DNA of 32,382 nucleotides, taken from positions 1 through 32,382 of the forward strand of contig DASYTB010000275.1 of NCBI GenBank assembly GCA_036002705.1. The letters are read 5' to 3'. The notes beneath the pieces were generated by a model. That model ran no database searches, was not told the DNA's origin, and was given only the letters and a program-made list of their open reading frames with translations. This DNA is from Verrucomicrobiia bacterium (lineage in GTDB: Bacteria > Verrucomicrobiota > Verrucomicrobiia > Limisphaerales > SXQI01). Shown here in pieces: positions 23,518 to 32,382 of this stretch. Position 1 is the first letter of the stretch; every line of letters starts with the position of its first letter. The translations under genes were made by a program, and so were the position numbers.

Positions 23518-25567
23518 GAAGCCATCGGTGGAACCAGTTTTGGACCGGGATGGCGATCTCGTGCAACCAGTAAGCAATTTGATCGTGATCGGCGTCCTTG
23601 ACCAGGAGGAGTTGAGAATTGGGAGGGTTGACGCGATGCAGGTGCTCCAACTCGGAGGGTAGGACGATTTGATCTTTCCGGCCCCCGATGAGGAAGACGG
23701 GTTGCGTCATCGCAGTGAGGGCGTTCCGTGCCGACAGGGTGGACCAGTCCGTCCAGAGGGATTGGGCGGCAAGCACAATGGCTTCTGAAAGCGCGGTGGT
23801 GGTGAGGGAGTGGGCGCGCGCTGCCCGTTCCATCGCGAGGGCCGGATCGAGTTCGGGAGCAATGGCAACCACAGTTTTTACGCGTGAATCGTGGGCGGCG
23901 AGCATCAGACCCAGCCTGGCGCCGTAGCCCAAACCGAGAACCCCCATATTTGAATGCGGATGCGTTTCCTGAATCCGGTCAAGGACTTTGCGGAGGTCAG
24001 CCAATTCCTTCGATCCATACGTGACTCGCGATCCCGACGACTCGCCGTGGCCGCGGAGGTCAACCGCGACGGTGCGAAAACCTTGCTGGGCCAGGATGTA
24101 GGCCCACCAGGTGAGAAGGGACTTTTCGCTGTTGTAATCGTGCAGCAGAAGGATCGTGTCGTTACCTGCGCGGAAGGGATGGGGGCCGGGCGGGGCTTCC
24201 TGGACTTCAAGAGTCAATTTTGTCTGGTTGGTTGAGCATGGTTCCGACGTGAACTCGAGGTGGTAATCAGCGGGTTCCAGCTCAAGACCACGCAACGTTT
24301 CGGATGGGTTGAGCTGGATGCGCAACTTTTTCAATTCTCGCTGAAGGCGCGCCCATTGAAACGAAGGAGAGAGCAGGCCCACGGGGTGAATGGCTGGCGC
24401 GGCGAGCAGAATTTTCGCGAGTTCAGCGCTGGAAATGTTTGGGGAGAGTTTGGCGCGTTCCCACCAAGCTAGAGTCGCGGGGGTTTCCTCTGTGCTGGAA
24501 GGGAGTGGACCGGTGCTGTGCTGGTCGAGATAGAGTCTACGGCGTGGGAAATCGAAGACGACATCGTGGCGGGCGAGCCAGCGAAGCCCGGCCATATTCT
24601 CGGTTGTTTTCCAAAAGCCCCACTCCCGCCCGCCAATGTTGACTCTGAATCTGTTGACCGGATGGGCAAGGCTTAGAATCAAGTTTGTATAATGAAAACT
24701 GTTCCAGGAGCCATTTTGAACCTCGATTTCCTCGATGAGCTGTCCGGTGGCTGACGGCCAGTGATTGGAGGAAATCAAGCCCTGTTCTTTCAACGCTCGT
24801 CGAAACAGATCAGGCCCGAGCTCCGCATCGACAGGGTCGCCAGTGTCGAAGCAGAGATCAACGCGCTCACCAAAGATGGTGGTGAGGACGCGGGCTCGTC
24901 CCGAGGTTAGGGAAAGCGGGAGTTCAAGACCTGCGGGGCTGGGAATGGGAACGGGGGCGCCGGGAACGCCGCCGCCCTCGGGAGTGAGTGTAAGATGATG
25001 AGTGCGAAAGTTCAGGCTGAGTGCATACTGTTTGAGGCAATCCAACCCGAGAATTCCGGCAAGAGGGCGTCCGGGACAGAGCCGGGAAAGGTCATCCGTG
25101 ATTACGGTTTTGCCGAGGCGCAATGGCTGGCCTTCAAGCTTCAAGTGGGGTGACCGGAATTTTGCGCCGGTCGCATTTTCGAACCAGGCGTAACGGAGGC
25201 GCTTATGGCCGATAGACGGACCGAGAATAGGTTCGAACGAGCGATCCAGGACTGTTACGGGAGAGCCAGTATCCACACCGAAGAGCCATTCATTGCCGTC
25301 CTCGGAACTGACCGTGATGAAGAGACAATCGCCGCGCCCGGCAGCGAAGTTAAAGGTCGTTTCGATTGGGCTTTGTAAAGAAAGCGAATTGCCAAGTGCG
25401 GAGATGCGAAAGGCGAAAACAAGCGCCGGGATAAGGACAATGGCATCCAAGGTTCGCAACACGTTGATTTGACCGCGATCTTGGCAGCCTGTTGAAAAAT
25501 TCCCTGTTTTCGCAAAGGCCACAAGCGGTCGCATGCGCGCAGATTTGGCTTTCGCCTTCTGGCGCAT
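23510..25567 (-). CDS. Multidomain protein: signal anchor + two retropepsin-like aspartyl-protease domains + alpha/beta-hydrolase fold with Gly at the nucleophile position
   Basis: D-T-G at nt 25265-25273 (FGVDTGSPV) with [12 protein letters not shown] second DTG (CFDTGDPV) comes with [17 protein letters not shown]-terminal LLLHDYN...VDLRGHGES...GLGYG (nt 23921-23935)...GRKDQIV...DADHDQ. Start uncertain: the tracked ATG 25630 overlaps the divergent gene by 32 nt, so I give Met22 (25567). Met33 (25534) is also possible. Confidence 0.7.
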   Translation of the reverse strand: MRQKAKAKSARMRPLVAFAKTGNFSTGCQDRGQINVLRTLDAIVLIPALVFAFRISALGNSLSLQSPIETTFNFAAGRGDCLFITVSSEDGNEWLFGVDTGSPVTVLDRSFEPILGPSIGHKRLRYAWFENATGAKFRSPHLKLEGQPLRLGKTVITDDLSRLCPGRPLAGILGLDCLKQYALSLNFRTHHLTLTPEGGGVPGAPVPIPSPAGLELPLSLTSGRARVLTTIFGERVDLCFDTGDPVDAELGPDLFRRALKEQGLISSNHWPSATGQLIEEIEVQNGSWNSFHYTNLILSLAHPVNRFRVNIGGREWGFWKTTENMAGLRWLARHDVVFDFPRRRLYLDQHSTGPLPSSTEETPATLAWWERAKLSPNISSAELAKILLAAPAIHPVGLLSPSFQWARLQRELKKLRIQLNPSETLRGLELEPADYHLEFTSEPCSTNQTKLTLEVQEAPPGPHPFRAGNDTILLLHDYNSEKSLLTWWAYILAQQGFRTVAVDLRGHGESSGSRVTYGSKELADLRKVLDRIQETHPHSNMGVLGLGYGARLGLMLAAHDSRVKTVVAIAPELDPALAMERAARAHSLTTTALSEAIVLAAQSLWTDWSTLSARNALTAMTQPVFLIGGRKDQIVLPSELEHLHRVNPPNSQLLLVKDADHDQIAYWLHEIAIPVQNWFHRWLPT

Positions 25568-25598
25568 TCTCTGACACTGCGCGGGAGGAGGTCGCATC

Positions 25599-26753
25599 AT
25601 GAACAAAGTTCGGGTTGGAATCATAGGCATGGGGAATATGGGAAAGTACCATGCCGATTATCTGCTCCAAAATAAGGTCAATCGCTGCGAATTAACCGCC
25701 TTGGCGAGCACTACACTGTCAAAGCTGGAAAAGTATAAACCGGTGAAGATATTCAGCTCCGGCGAGGAATTGATTCATTCGGGCGAGGTCGATGCCGTGC
25801 TAATCGCCACGCCGCATTATTCCCACACCACTTTTGGAATTGCCGCCTTTGAAGCAGGGCTTCATGTCATGGTTGAGAAGCCCATTTCCGTGCATAAAGC
25901 AGATTGCGAACGCCTGATCGCGGCGCACAAAAAACATACAGGCCGCATTTTTGGCGCGATGTTTCAACTGCGAACCGAGCCGCGTTATAAAAAACTCAAG
26001 CACTTGATCGAGTCCGGCGAACTTGGCCAGGTCGTGCGCGTGGATTGGATCATCACGGATTGGTTTCGCACGGAAGCGTACTACGCCAGCGGCGGATGGC
26101 GCGCGACCTGGAAAGGGGAGGGCGGAGGGGCGCTGCTCAATCAATGTCCGCATCAACTCGACCTGGTGCAGTGGTTGGTCGGGATGCCGGCGTGCGTCCG
26201 AGGCTTCTGCCAATTCGGGCGTTATCACAACATCGAGGTCGAAGACAATGTCACGGTCTTTATGGAATACCCGAATGGCGCGACCGGCTTATTCGTGACG
26301 AGCACCGGCGAAGCGCCTGGCACGAACCGGTTCGAAATCGCGGGAGAGCGCGGCAGAGTTGTGCTTGAAGCCGGAAAGATGACATTCACGCGAAACGAAG
26401 TTTCCATGCGGGATTTTAGCAAGACCGCGAAGACCGGATTTGTCCGCCCCGATATTTGGAATGTCGAAATCCCGGTCGAGAACGCGGCGGCTCAGCACGC
26501 CACCGTTATGCAGAACTTCGTCGATGCGATTCTGGATGGGAGCCCATTATTCGTTCGCGGCGAGGAAGGGACGAACTCCGTTGAAATCGCCAACGCCGCG
26601 CTTTATTCAAGCTGGACTGGCCAAACGGTGCATCTGCCTCTGGACAGCGCCGCTTACGAAAAGGCGCTCCAAGAAAAGATTAAAAACTCCCGGTTCGAGA
26701 AAAAGGTCGTTCAGACCAGTGACGAGGATTTTACGAAATCCTTTACACGCTAA
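25599..26753 (+). CDS. Gfo/Idh/MocA-family NAD(P)-dependent oxidoreductase
   Basis: 384 aa. MNKVRVGIIGMGNMGKYHADYL Rossmann N-terminus and the EKP motif (VMVEKPISV). Confidence 0.9.
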   Translation: MNKVRVGIIGMGNMGKYHADYLLQNKVNRCELTALASTTLSKLEKYKPVKIFSSGEELIHSGEVDAVLIATPHYSHTTFGIAAFEAGLHVMVEKPISVHKADCERLIAAHKKHTGRIFGAMFQLRTEPRYKKLKHLIESGELGQVVRVDWIITDWFRTEAYYASGGWRATWKGEGGGALLNQCPHQLDLVQWLVGMPACVRGFCQFGRYHNIEVEDNVTVFMEYPNGATGLFVTSTGEAPGTNRFEIAGERGRVVLEAGKMTFTRNEVSMRDFSKTAKTGFVRPDIWNVEIPVENAAAQHATVMQNFVDAILDGSPLFVRGEEGTNSVEIANAALYSSWTGQTVHLPLDSAAYEKALQEKIKNSRFEKKVVQTSDEDFTKSFTR

Positions 26754-26754
26754 C

Positions 26755-28206
26755 TCAGGCCAGCGCCTTCTCGATCACATTTCCGGCAACGTCCGTCAGG
26801 CGTTCTTCCCGGCCATTGTGCATATAGGTCAGTCGCGTATGGTCGATTCCGAGCAGATGCAGGATTGTCGCATGGAGATCGTGCACGTGGGTTCGTTCCT
26901 CGATAGCGCGCAAACCAACGGCATCCGTGGCGCCGATGACCTGGCCGCCTTTGACGCCTCCGCCAGTCAGCCACATGGAGAAGCCATGCGGGTTGTGATC
27001 ACGGCCGTCGGAGCCTTCGCTCATGGGCATGCGGCCGAATTCGCCGCCCCAAATGACCAGCGTGGAATCGAGGAGACCTCGCGATTTCAAGTCCTTGAGC
27101 AAGCCGGCTACCGGTAGATCGCTCTGTGCGCAGAGCTTGCTGTGATTTCCTTCGACATCGCTGTGGCCGTCCCAGCCATTCGTATCTCCGCAGTAGAGTT
27201 GCACGAAGCGCACGCCCCGTTCCATCATGCGGCGGGCGAGGAGGCAGCGCAGGCCGAATTCCGCGGTGACTTTGTTGTCGAGGCCGTAAAGTTTTTTTGT
27301 CGCTTCGCTTTCGCTGCTGATATCGGCAACCTCGGGGGCATGGGCTTGCATCCGGTAAGCGAGTTCGTAGGCGTTGATCCGGGCGGTGAGTTCCGAATTT
27401 TCTTCGCGGGGCGGCAGATTTTCGCGATTGAGTTGATTGATGAAATTAACGGTGGCCAGTTGCTGCTGGGCGCTGATGCCCGTTGGCGTGCTCAGGTTGA
27501 GGATAGGGGAAGCGCCGCCGCGCAGAATCGTGCCTTGATAGGCGGCGGGAAGAAAACCGTTGCTCCAGGCCGGCGCGCCGCCTTTCACGCAGCCGGCGGG
27601 ATCGGGCATGACCACAAAAGCCGGCATATTCTCGTTCTCCGTGCCCAGGCCGTAGGAGGTCCACGCGCCAAGGCTTGGCTTGCCCATCAGGATCGAGCCG
27701 GTGTTCATCAAATAAACCGATTCCGGATGGGTGACGCTATCGCCATAGCAGCCGCGCAAAAGACAAAGGTCATCCGCGCATTCCGCGATATTGGGCAGAA
27801 AATCCGAGATTTCCATGCCGCATTGACCGCGCGATTTGAATGGACGGCAGGGGGCGAGCAGTTTGTTTTTCGCGACGGCGCGGCGAGTTTTGAAAGTGCC
27901 AAAGGATTCCGGGATAGGCTGGCCGGCGAGGCGGATCAAATCCGGTTTGGGATCGAAAAGATCGACATGGCTCGGCCCGCCGGACATGAAAAGGAAAATC
28001 ACCCGCTTCGCTTTTGCCGTAAAATGCGGTTCGAGAGGCGCGAGCGGATTGGCCCGATTCGCTCCCGCGAGCAGCTTCTCGCTCTTCAACAACGAAGCGA
28101 GCGCCAGCAAACCGAAACCGCCGCCAGCCTGCCGCAAAAAGGAACGGCGCGAAGTCGCGAACATGCCGCTCGGACCGGGACAGTCGAATTGCGAGGACCA
28201 GTTCAT
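26755..28206 (-). CDS. DUF1501 protein (sulfatase/alkaline-phosphatase-like), Tat-signal
   Basis: 483 aa. Twin-arginine SRRSFLRQAGGGFGLLALASLL. VIWGGEFGRMP...GRDHNPHGFSMWLTGGGVKGG is the DUF1501 hallmark. The ATG directly abuts the stop of the upstream gene (TGAATG, 28204-28209). Confidence 0.88.
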   Translation of the reverse strand: MNWSSQFDCPGPSGMFATSRRSFLRQAGGGFGLLALASLLKSEKLLAGANRANPLAPLEPHFTAKAKRVIFLFMSGGPSHVDLFDPKPDLIRLAGQPIPESFGTFKTRRAVAKNKLLAPCRPFKSRGQCGMEISDFLPNIAECADDLCLLRGCYGDSVTHPESVYLMNTGSILMGKPSLGAWTSYGLGTENENMPAFVVMPDPAGCVKGGAPAWSNGFLPAAYQGTILRGGASPILNLSTPTGISAQQQLATVNFINQLNRENLPPREENSELTARINAYELAYRMQAHAPEVADISSESEATKKLYGLDNKVTAEFGLRCLLARRMMERGVRFVQLYCGDTNGWDGHSDVEGNHSKLCAQSDLPVAGLLKDLKSRGLLDSTLVIWGGEFGRMPMSEGSDGRDHNPHGFSMWLTGGGVKGGQVIGATDAVGLRAIEERTHVHDLHATILHLLGIDHTRLTYMHNGREERLTDVAGNVIEKALA

Positions 28207-30357
28207 TCAATTCACGTAAACGAAATCGTTCAAGTTAAACAGGGCGCGGCAGAATTCGTCCAATGGATATTGCGCGAGGAAATTTCGGCCCAGGTCCGTT
28301 TCTTTCGCCGTGGGCAACCGCCCGAGAATAAGGCGATAGGCCTGCACTAACTGCTCGTCCCGCGAGCGACCGCTTTTCGCGAGGCGTTCGGCGGTAAGCC
28401 GGGCGGCGGTTACCACGTCGTCTGCATTCAGCAAGGTCAATGCTTGCGGGGCCGTCGTGCTGCGCTCGCGGACAGGACAGCTTAAATTGTTATCGGGCGC
28501 GTCGAAAACTTCGAGGAAAGGAAAGCGCAGATTTCGCCGTGCAAAAATATAGATGCTCCGACGGCAATTTTCTTCGGAGGATTTGCTGGGCGTCCAGCCT
28601 GTCGCCCCTTGGAAAAGCTCTTTCGGAATCGGCGGGAAAACTCCGTGACCGCCCATTTGCGGATTCAGTTGGCCACTGACCGCGAGCAGGCTGTCGCGAA
28701 TCACTTCGCCTTCCAGGCGCGAACGGTCCATGTGCGAGAGGAGCCGGTTCTCGGGATCGGCGGCGATTTCACCGCCGGACTGCTGCCGATAGGTTGCGGA
28801 CATAAGCATCAGTTTGTGCAGGTGCTTGATGCTCCAGCCGTGATCCATGAATTCACTCGCAAGCCAATCGAGCAGTTGGGGATGCGATGGCTTATCGCCG
28901 CGCGTGCCGAAATCGCTTGGGCTTCCGACAATGCCGCGCCCGAAATGATGCTGCCAAATCCGGTTCACCATCACCCGGGCGGTCAGCGGATTATTCCGGC
29001 TCGCAATCCACTCGGCCAGCGCCGTTCGTTCGCGGGATACGGGAGTTTTCAACGCGGTGGAATTCGCCAGAATCGTCGGAAACCCAGGTTCGACCTCCTC
29101 TTCCGGATGATTGTAATCGCCCCGGTGCAGCACGAAGGTCTTTGTCGGCTCGCCACACGCCAGGGTCATGGCTTTGGGCAACGGCGACGGCTTGGGCAGG
29201 CTTTTGACTTCGGTGGAGAGCTTCTTCCACGCCTCCTTTTCAGTTCCGCTGAAAGCGTTCGCGACCTCCTTTTCCGTGATCACGACTTTATCGCGTGTCT
29301 CCAAAACAAGGTTGGCCTGTTCCGCGTTGCGTTCCGCGGCGGGCGTCTGGTAGGCCATTTGCGCCTCGGAAGAAAGTTTCGCCACTTTCGCTTCGAAGAG
29401 CTTTTGCCGAACCGGTTTTTCCAGGGCGGCGAGCTGAAGCGTTTTGGGATCGTTCTCGGCTTTTTTCAGCGCTTCTTCGTAGGCGGCACGAACCTCTGCC
29501 GTCGGGATCGGTTGGTCACGCTCGAATTTGGCGGGGCCGAAGAACGCCTGCAGTTGATAATAATCGCGCTGCGAAATCGGTTCGAGCTTGTGATCGTGGC
29601 AGCGCGCGCAACCAATCGTCAGCCCGAGAAAAACCAGCGACGTCGTGTCCGTCATGTCATTGAGCGTATTATGACGGCGCTGCACCTGGTCCGAGCTATC
29701 GACCATATCCGGCCCGAGCAAATTAAACCCGGTGGCCGTTAACGCGTCCGGGCTGTCCGGCCAGAGTTCGTCTCCGGCGATTTGTTCCTTGATAAACCGG
29801 TCGTAGGGCTTGTCGCTGTTGAAGGCGGCGATCACATAATCTCGATAGCGCCAGGAATAGGGGCGCGCTGCGTCATGCTCGAAGCCGTCACTTTCCGCGA
29901 AGCGCGCGAGGTCCAGCCAGTGCCGTCCCCATCGCTCCCCGTAATGCTTGGAAGCCAATAACCGGTCAATCAGCTTCTCATAAGCGTTGTCGGAGCGATC
30001 ATTCACGAATTCATCCATCTCCCTCGGCGTCGGCGGCAGGCCGATGAGATCGAACGTAACGCGGCGGATCAGTTGCGCCTTGCTGGCAGGCGGAGACATC
30101 GAGAGACCCCTCTTCTCCAGTCTTGCGAGGACAAAATAATCGATCGCATTGATCGGTTCGATGGGAGCACGGGCAATCCACGGAACCTCGGGCCGTTTTA
30201 CAAGTTGAAATGCCCAGTGCGGTGAGTTCGGGCGACTCGAAACTGCTGCACCAAAACTCCCCTCAGCCGCGTTCGTCGGACAGGGAGGCCACCACAACGT
30301 CGCGCCAGCGAGAGAACTAAAGAAGAGCGCCAACAATTTTTTCCTGCTCGGCTGCAT
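28207..30357 (-). CDS. DUF1549/DUF1553 (PSD1-type) secreted protein
   Basis: 716 aa with a signal peptide. DUF1549-like IDYFVLARLEKRGL...RRVTFDLIGLPPTPREMDEFV. Conserved GCARCHDHKLEP (CXXCH at nt 29596-29610). Central coiled-coil-like region. DUF1553-like NRIWQHHFGRGIVGSPSDFG...PSHPQLLDWLA. Confidence 0.85.
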   Translation of the reverse strand: MQPSRKKLLALFFSSLAGATLWWPPCPTNAAEGSFGAAVSSRPNSPHWAFQLVKRPEVPWIARAPIEPINAIDYFVLARLEKRGLSMSPPASKAQLIRRVTFDLIGLPPTPREMDEFVNDRSDNAYEKLIDRLLASKHYGERWGRHWLDLARFAESDGFEHDAARPYSWRYRDYVIAAFNSDKPYDRFIKEQIAGDELWPDSPDALTATGFNLLGPDMVDSSDQVQRRHNTLNDMTDTTSLVFLGLTIGCARCHDHKLEPISQRDYYQLQAFFGPAKFERDQPIPTAEVRAAYEEALKKAENDPKTLQLAALEKPVRQKLFEAKVAKLSSEAQMAYQTPAAERNAEQANLVLETRDKVVITEKEVANAFSGTEKEAWKKLSTEVKSLPKPSPLPKAMTLACGEPTKTFVLHRGDYNHPEEEVEPGFPTILANSTALKTPVSRERTALAEWIASRNNPLTARVMVNRIWQHHFGRGIVGSPSDFGTRGDKPSHPQLLDWLASEFMDHGWSIKHLHKLMLMSATYRQQSGGEIAADPENRLLSHMDRSRLEGEVIRDSLLAVSGQLNPQMGGHGVFPPIPKELFQGATGWTPSKSSEENCRRSIYIFARRNLRFPFLEVFDAPDNNLSCPVRERSTTAPQALTLLNADDVVTAARLTAERLAKSGRSRDEQLVQAYRLILGRLPTAKETDLGRNFLAQYPLDEFCRALFNLNDFVYVN

Positions 30358-30479
30358 CGCTTTTTGGGAATAGTCCGAAAGTGCCGGAAATCTCGTTCAA
30401 AGGAAAGGCCTATTAAAGAATCCACCGGGGTTGCCCCCGCTCGAAAAAACGCTTGGGGTGAGTGTCAGGCGCGCATGGG

Positions 30480-32000
30480 TCATGGTCCCAGGAATGTCGC
30501 GCGATAGAAGCGATTGGGATGGGCGACGGAATCGGCGTCAAACCAAATCGATTGCTGATTCGTCAGCGTGACATTCGCCGCCGCGTGCCACGAGTCCGAC
30601 GGATCGAGCTGGTCCTGGTATTCGAGGAGGAATTTATCGCCCGGATTCCCGCGAAGCGTCACGCCGGCGTAGAAATGCACGTCAGCGAACTGCACCGTCA
30701 CGGTGGCCTTAGCGCTGGTCAAGGTGCCGGACGGGCTCGTCACGACTACGTCGTATTCGCCGGCCAAGTCCACGGTGATATTTGTCAGCGTCAGAACGCG
30801 ACTCGTGGCACCAGCGATATTCGTTGCGTTTCTGCGCCATTGATAGGTAATCGGATCGCTGCCTTGAACAAGGACTGACAGCGAAACCGTGCCGCCCGCC
30901 GTTACGGCTTGGGGCTGAGGCTGCGCGATCAGCCGGAGCGGCGCAACTCCGCTGACGGGATTCGAGACGAAGATTTTCCCGAAACTCACCGTGACGAAAA
31001 TATTGTTTCCGAAAGCCACATCCGAGTACCCGGTTTCAGCCGCAGAGATATTCAGGCTCACCTGTGTCCAATTGGTTGTGATCACTCGTCCGGTATCCAC
31101 CAGATTCGTGGTATAGAAAACAGAACCGCCCGCCGGGACGACGTCGTAACCGCCGCCCGCGGCATTTTTCAAGGGCGTGAAGTTCGCATCCCCGAAATTG
31201 AATCCATTGGTCCAATTCATCCCGTCAGGGGAGAAGTAGAGAATGAATCGATCGTTCGCCTCGGGGCATGAAATACAGCCTGTGGACGAGGTCAGATCGA
31301 TCCTATAGGTAAAGAACAGCCCATTCTGATATGTGATCTCCGAATCGAACTGCGTGAGAGTGATCGGCGCGCCGGTTTTCATCCAGCTTTGGGCGTCGGT
31401 GGAAAAGGACAGAATCGGAATATTCGGGCCTGGTTGGTCGACCCTTCCCACGAATACGCCGCCACCGAATGCGATGTCATCGAAAATTGCGGTTCCCACC
31501 TGCGTCCAATGCACCAGATCGGGCGATGTGACAATCACCGGACCGATCGCGCCCGGTCCGACGGGTCCAGTTGCGAAATGAATTCCAAAATATGCTCCAT
31601 TGCCAAAGGTGACGTCTTTCAGCAGCGCGAGGTTTGTCGTGGTGCCAATCGTCGCTGTCAGGGGACTCCAGTTTGTTCCGTCGGACGAAGTCAGCGTGAG
31701 GGGAGAAGGCGGCCTTACTGAGGCGTCAACCGAAAACGCGAAGAATCGATCGTTTACGAATTTCACGCGGCTGATGTCGTTCGTGATTGTCGAATTCTGC
31801 CGCGCCCAGTCCACTCCGTTGCTTGAGGTGAGAATCGTTCCCTGCTGGCCGGAGGCGACAAAAAGACCATTCCCATAGGCGATCGAGATGGGGGCTCCGC
31901 TTCCCAGCGGGCGTGGAGATTCACCCCAATGGTCGAGTGCCTCCGCAAACAATGGGTGAGTAGTGATGCAAAGAAGGAGCGAACAGACGAGCGCTTTCAT
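30480..32000 (-). CDS. Secreted beta-propeller-like repeat protein with C-terminal Ig-like domain and RFYR-tail module
   Basis: I take Met29 of the tracked ORF as the start (MKALVCSLLLCITTHPLFAEA signal peptide). The coordinate is approximate (+/- 1 nt; see the rejected note). About six repeats pair [IV][AT][FY]GNG.F with S.DG..W. Ig-like YQWRRNATNIAGATSRVLTLTNITVDLAGEYDVVVTS. C-terminus ...HPNRFYRATFLGP. Confidence 0.7.
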   Translation of the reverse strand: MKALVCSLLLCITTHPLFAEALDHWGESPRPLGSGAPISIAYGNGLFVASGQQGTILTSSNGVDWARQNSTITNDISRVKFVNDRFFAFSVDASVRPPSPLTLTSSDGTNWSPLTATIGTTTNLALLKDVTFGNGAYFGIHFATGPVGPGAIGPVIVTSPDLVHWTQVGTAIFDDIAFGGGVFVGRVDQPGPNIPILSFSTDAQSWMKTGAPITLTQFDSEITYQNGLFFTYRIDLTSSTGCISCPEANDRFILYFSPDGMNWTNGFNFGDANFTPLKNAAGGGYDVVPAGGSVFYTTNLVDTGRVITTNWTQVSLNISAAETGYSDVAFGNNIFVTVSFGKIFVSNPVSGVAPLRLIAQPQPQAVTAGGTVSLSVLVQGSDPITYQWRRNATNIAGATSRVLTLTNITVDLAGEYDVVVTSPSGTLTSAKATVTVQFADVHFYAGVTLRGNPGDKFLLEYQDQLDPSDSWHAAANVTLTNQQSIWFDADSVAHPNRFYRATFLGP

Positions 32001-32204
32001 AAAAAAACCTTCAAACTGTGAATCAGCGTACCGAGCATTGCGGCTCTGCGGAGAAAAAGCAAGCGGCCAAAGATGAGATATCAAAACTCGTTTAAGCGCC
32101 GAATCGGCCTGATCGGCCGCTTGTTGAAACTAGGCATCTCGAAAAAGATCGGGACAAGAAAACTGGTCGCTTTCCTCTTCGCGGACCATGATCGATCTAA
32201 CGCA

Positions 32205-32382
32205 TTAACGCTCGTTCAGTTTTCGACGGGCGGCTTCCTGGAGCGGGTTGGAACCATCCGGGAGGCGGTCTCCGCCGATCTCCCAGAAAAATACGCCGCG
32301 CAATCCATTCGTCATGGCCCAGCCGCTTTTCAGGGCGACGGATTCGGGATCGTCGTAGCCGATCACGGCGGAGTGGTCGGGC
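32205..32382 (-). CDS. 3' end of a glycoside hydrolase family 18 (chitinase-like) gene; 5' part outside window
   Basis: Open minus-strand frame from the window edge to TAA (32207-32205). PDHSAVIGYDDPESVALKSGWAMTNGLRGVFFWEIGGDRLPDGSNPLQEAARRKLNER resembles the GH18 C-terminal strands (Y.D..S...K......gLgG.m.WE...D). Only 58 residues are visible. Confidence 0.5.
   Translation of the reverse strand, partial: PDHSAVIGYDDPESVALKSGWAMTNGLRGVFFWEIGGDRLPDGSNPLQEAARRKLNER

Noticed and set aside
25568-25630. Upstream ATG (25630) for the retropepsin/hydrolase gene
   Set aside because: It would overlap the divergently transcribed Gfo/Idh/MocA gene start (25599) by 32 nt. A downstream Met (25567 or 25534) precedes the hydrophobic anchor equally well. 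The start remains uncertain.
27142-29742. Long plus-strand ORFs 27142-28350 (402 aa) and 28609-29742 (377 aa)
   Set aside because: They lie antisense to the DUF1501 and DUF1553 genes, which have clear family signatures. The products are Arg/Gly/Ala-rich, typical of GC-rich shadow frames. The same reasoning applies to 12682-13413, 15446-16261, 20241-21104, 21390-22145, 7373-8083, 7986-8732, 4472-5011, 18022-18579 and 18610-19215.
30426-30439. Hairpin CGGGG-TTGC-CCCCG downstream of the propeller-Ig gene
   Set aside because: The stem is 5 bp. On the minus (coding) strand the T-run precedes rather than follows the stem, and on the plus strand it is followed by an A-run. This is not a canonical terminator.
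32030-32050. My hand translation of the minus strand here gave a 1-nt offset relative to the supplied track (the track reads SRNARY)
   Set aside because: This is most likely my own transcription slip. The supplied frame agrees with the stop end (RFYRATFLGP-stop at 30480-30482), so I kept the track frame and give the Met29 start (about 32000) as approximate only.

Overview
GC-rich (by eye, high 50s percent; not computed), tightly packed bacterial chromosomal window. It holds 29 protein-coding genes, two of them truncated at the window edges. I saw no rRNA, tRNA, CRISPR array, transposase or integrase. The gene content (a DUF1549/DUF1553 + DUF1501 pair, a PQQ-like propeller, a secreted Ig/RFYR-tail protein and a PVM-type microcompartment) points to the Planctomycetes-Verrucomicrobia (PVC) group; this is inference.

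Main system: nt 1829-10421 is a complete PVM-type bacterial microcompartment (BMC) locus on the minus strand. Gene order is pduL, BMC-H, BMC-H, ackA, BMC-H, BMC-P, acylating aldehyde dehydrogenase, BMC-P, BMC-P, class II aldolase, LDH/MDH-family dehydrogenase. A DeoR regulator is transcribed divergently across an AT-rich 104-nt control region. Amphipathic-helix termini resembling encapsulation peptides are visible on the aldehyde dehydrogenase, PduL and the aldolase.

The least explained signal in the window is in two intra-operon spacers directly upstream of BMC-P genes. Both carry long imperfect inverted repeats built from a shared TCCGAAA / GGRTTTC unit.

Downstream of the locus lie a UPF0175/DUF3368 (PIN-like) toxin-antitoxin pair and an edge-truncated class I aldolase-like gene that is missing from the supplied ORF track.

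The rest of the window contains:
- a TetR-linked RND efflux operon (MFP-RND-OMF)
- a membrane-anchored hypothetical protein
- a beta-lactamase-fold / DUF1343 (NamZ-like) fusion protein
- purH
- a PQQ-like beta-propeller
- a tandem-retropepsin + alpha/beta-hydrolase protein whose nucleophile Ser is replaced by Gly
- a Gfo/Idh/MocA oxidoreductase
- the DUF1553/DUF1501 pair
- a secreted propeller-Ig protein
- the 3' end of a GH18-like gene

All family calls come from motif recognition by eye. None were verified by a database search.
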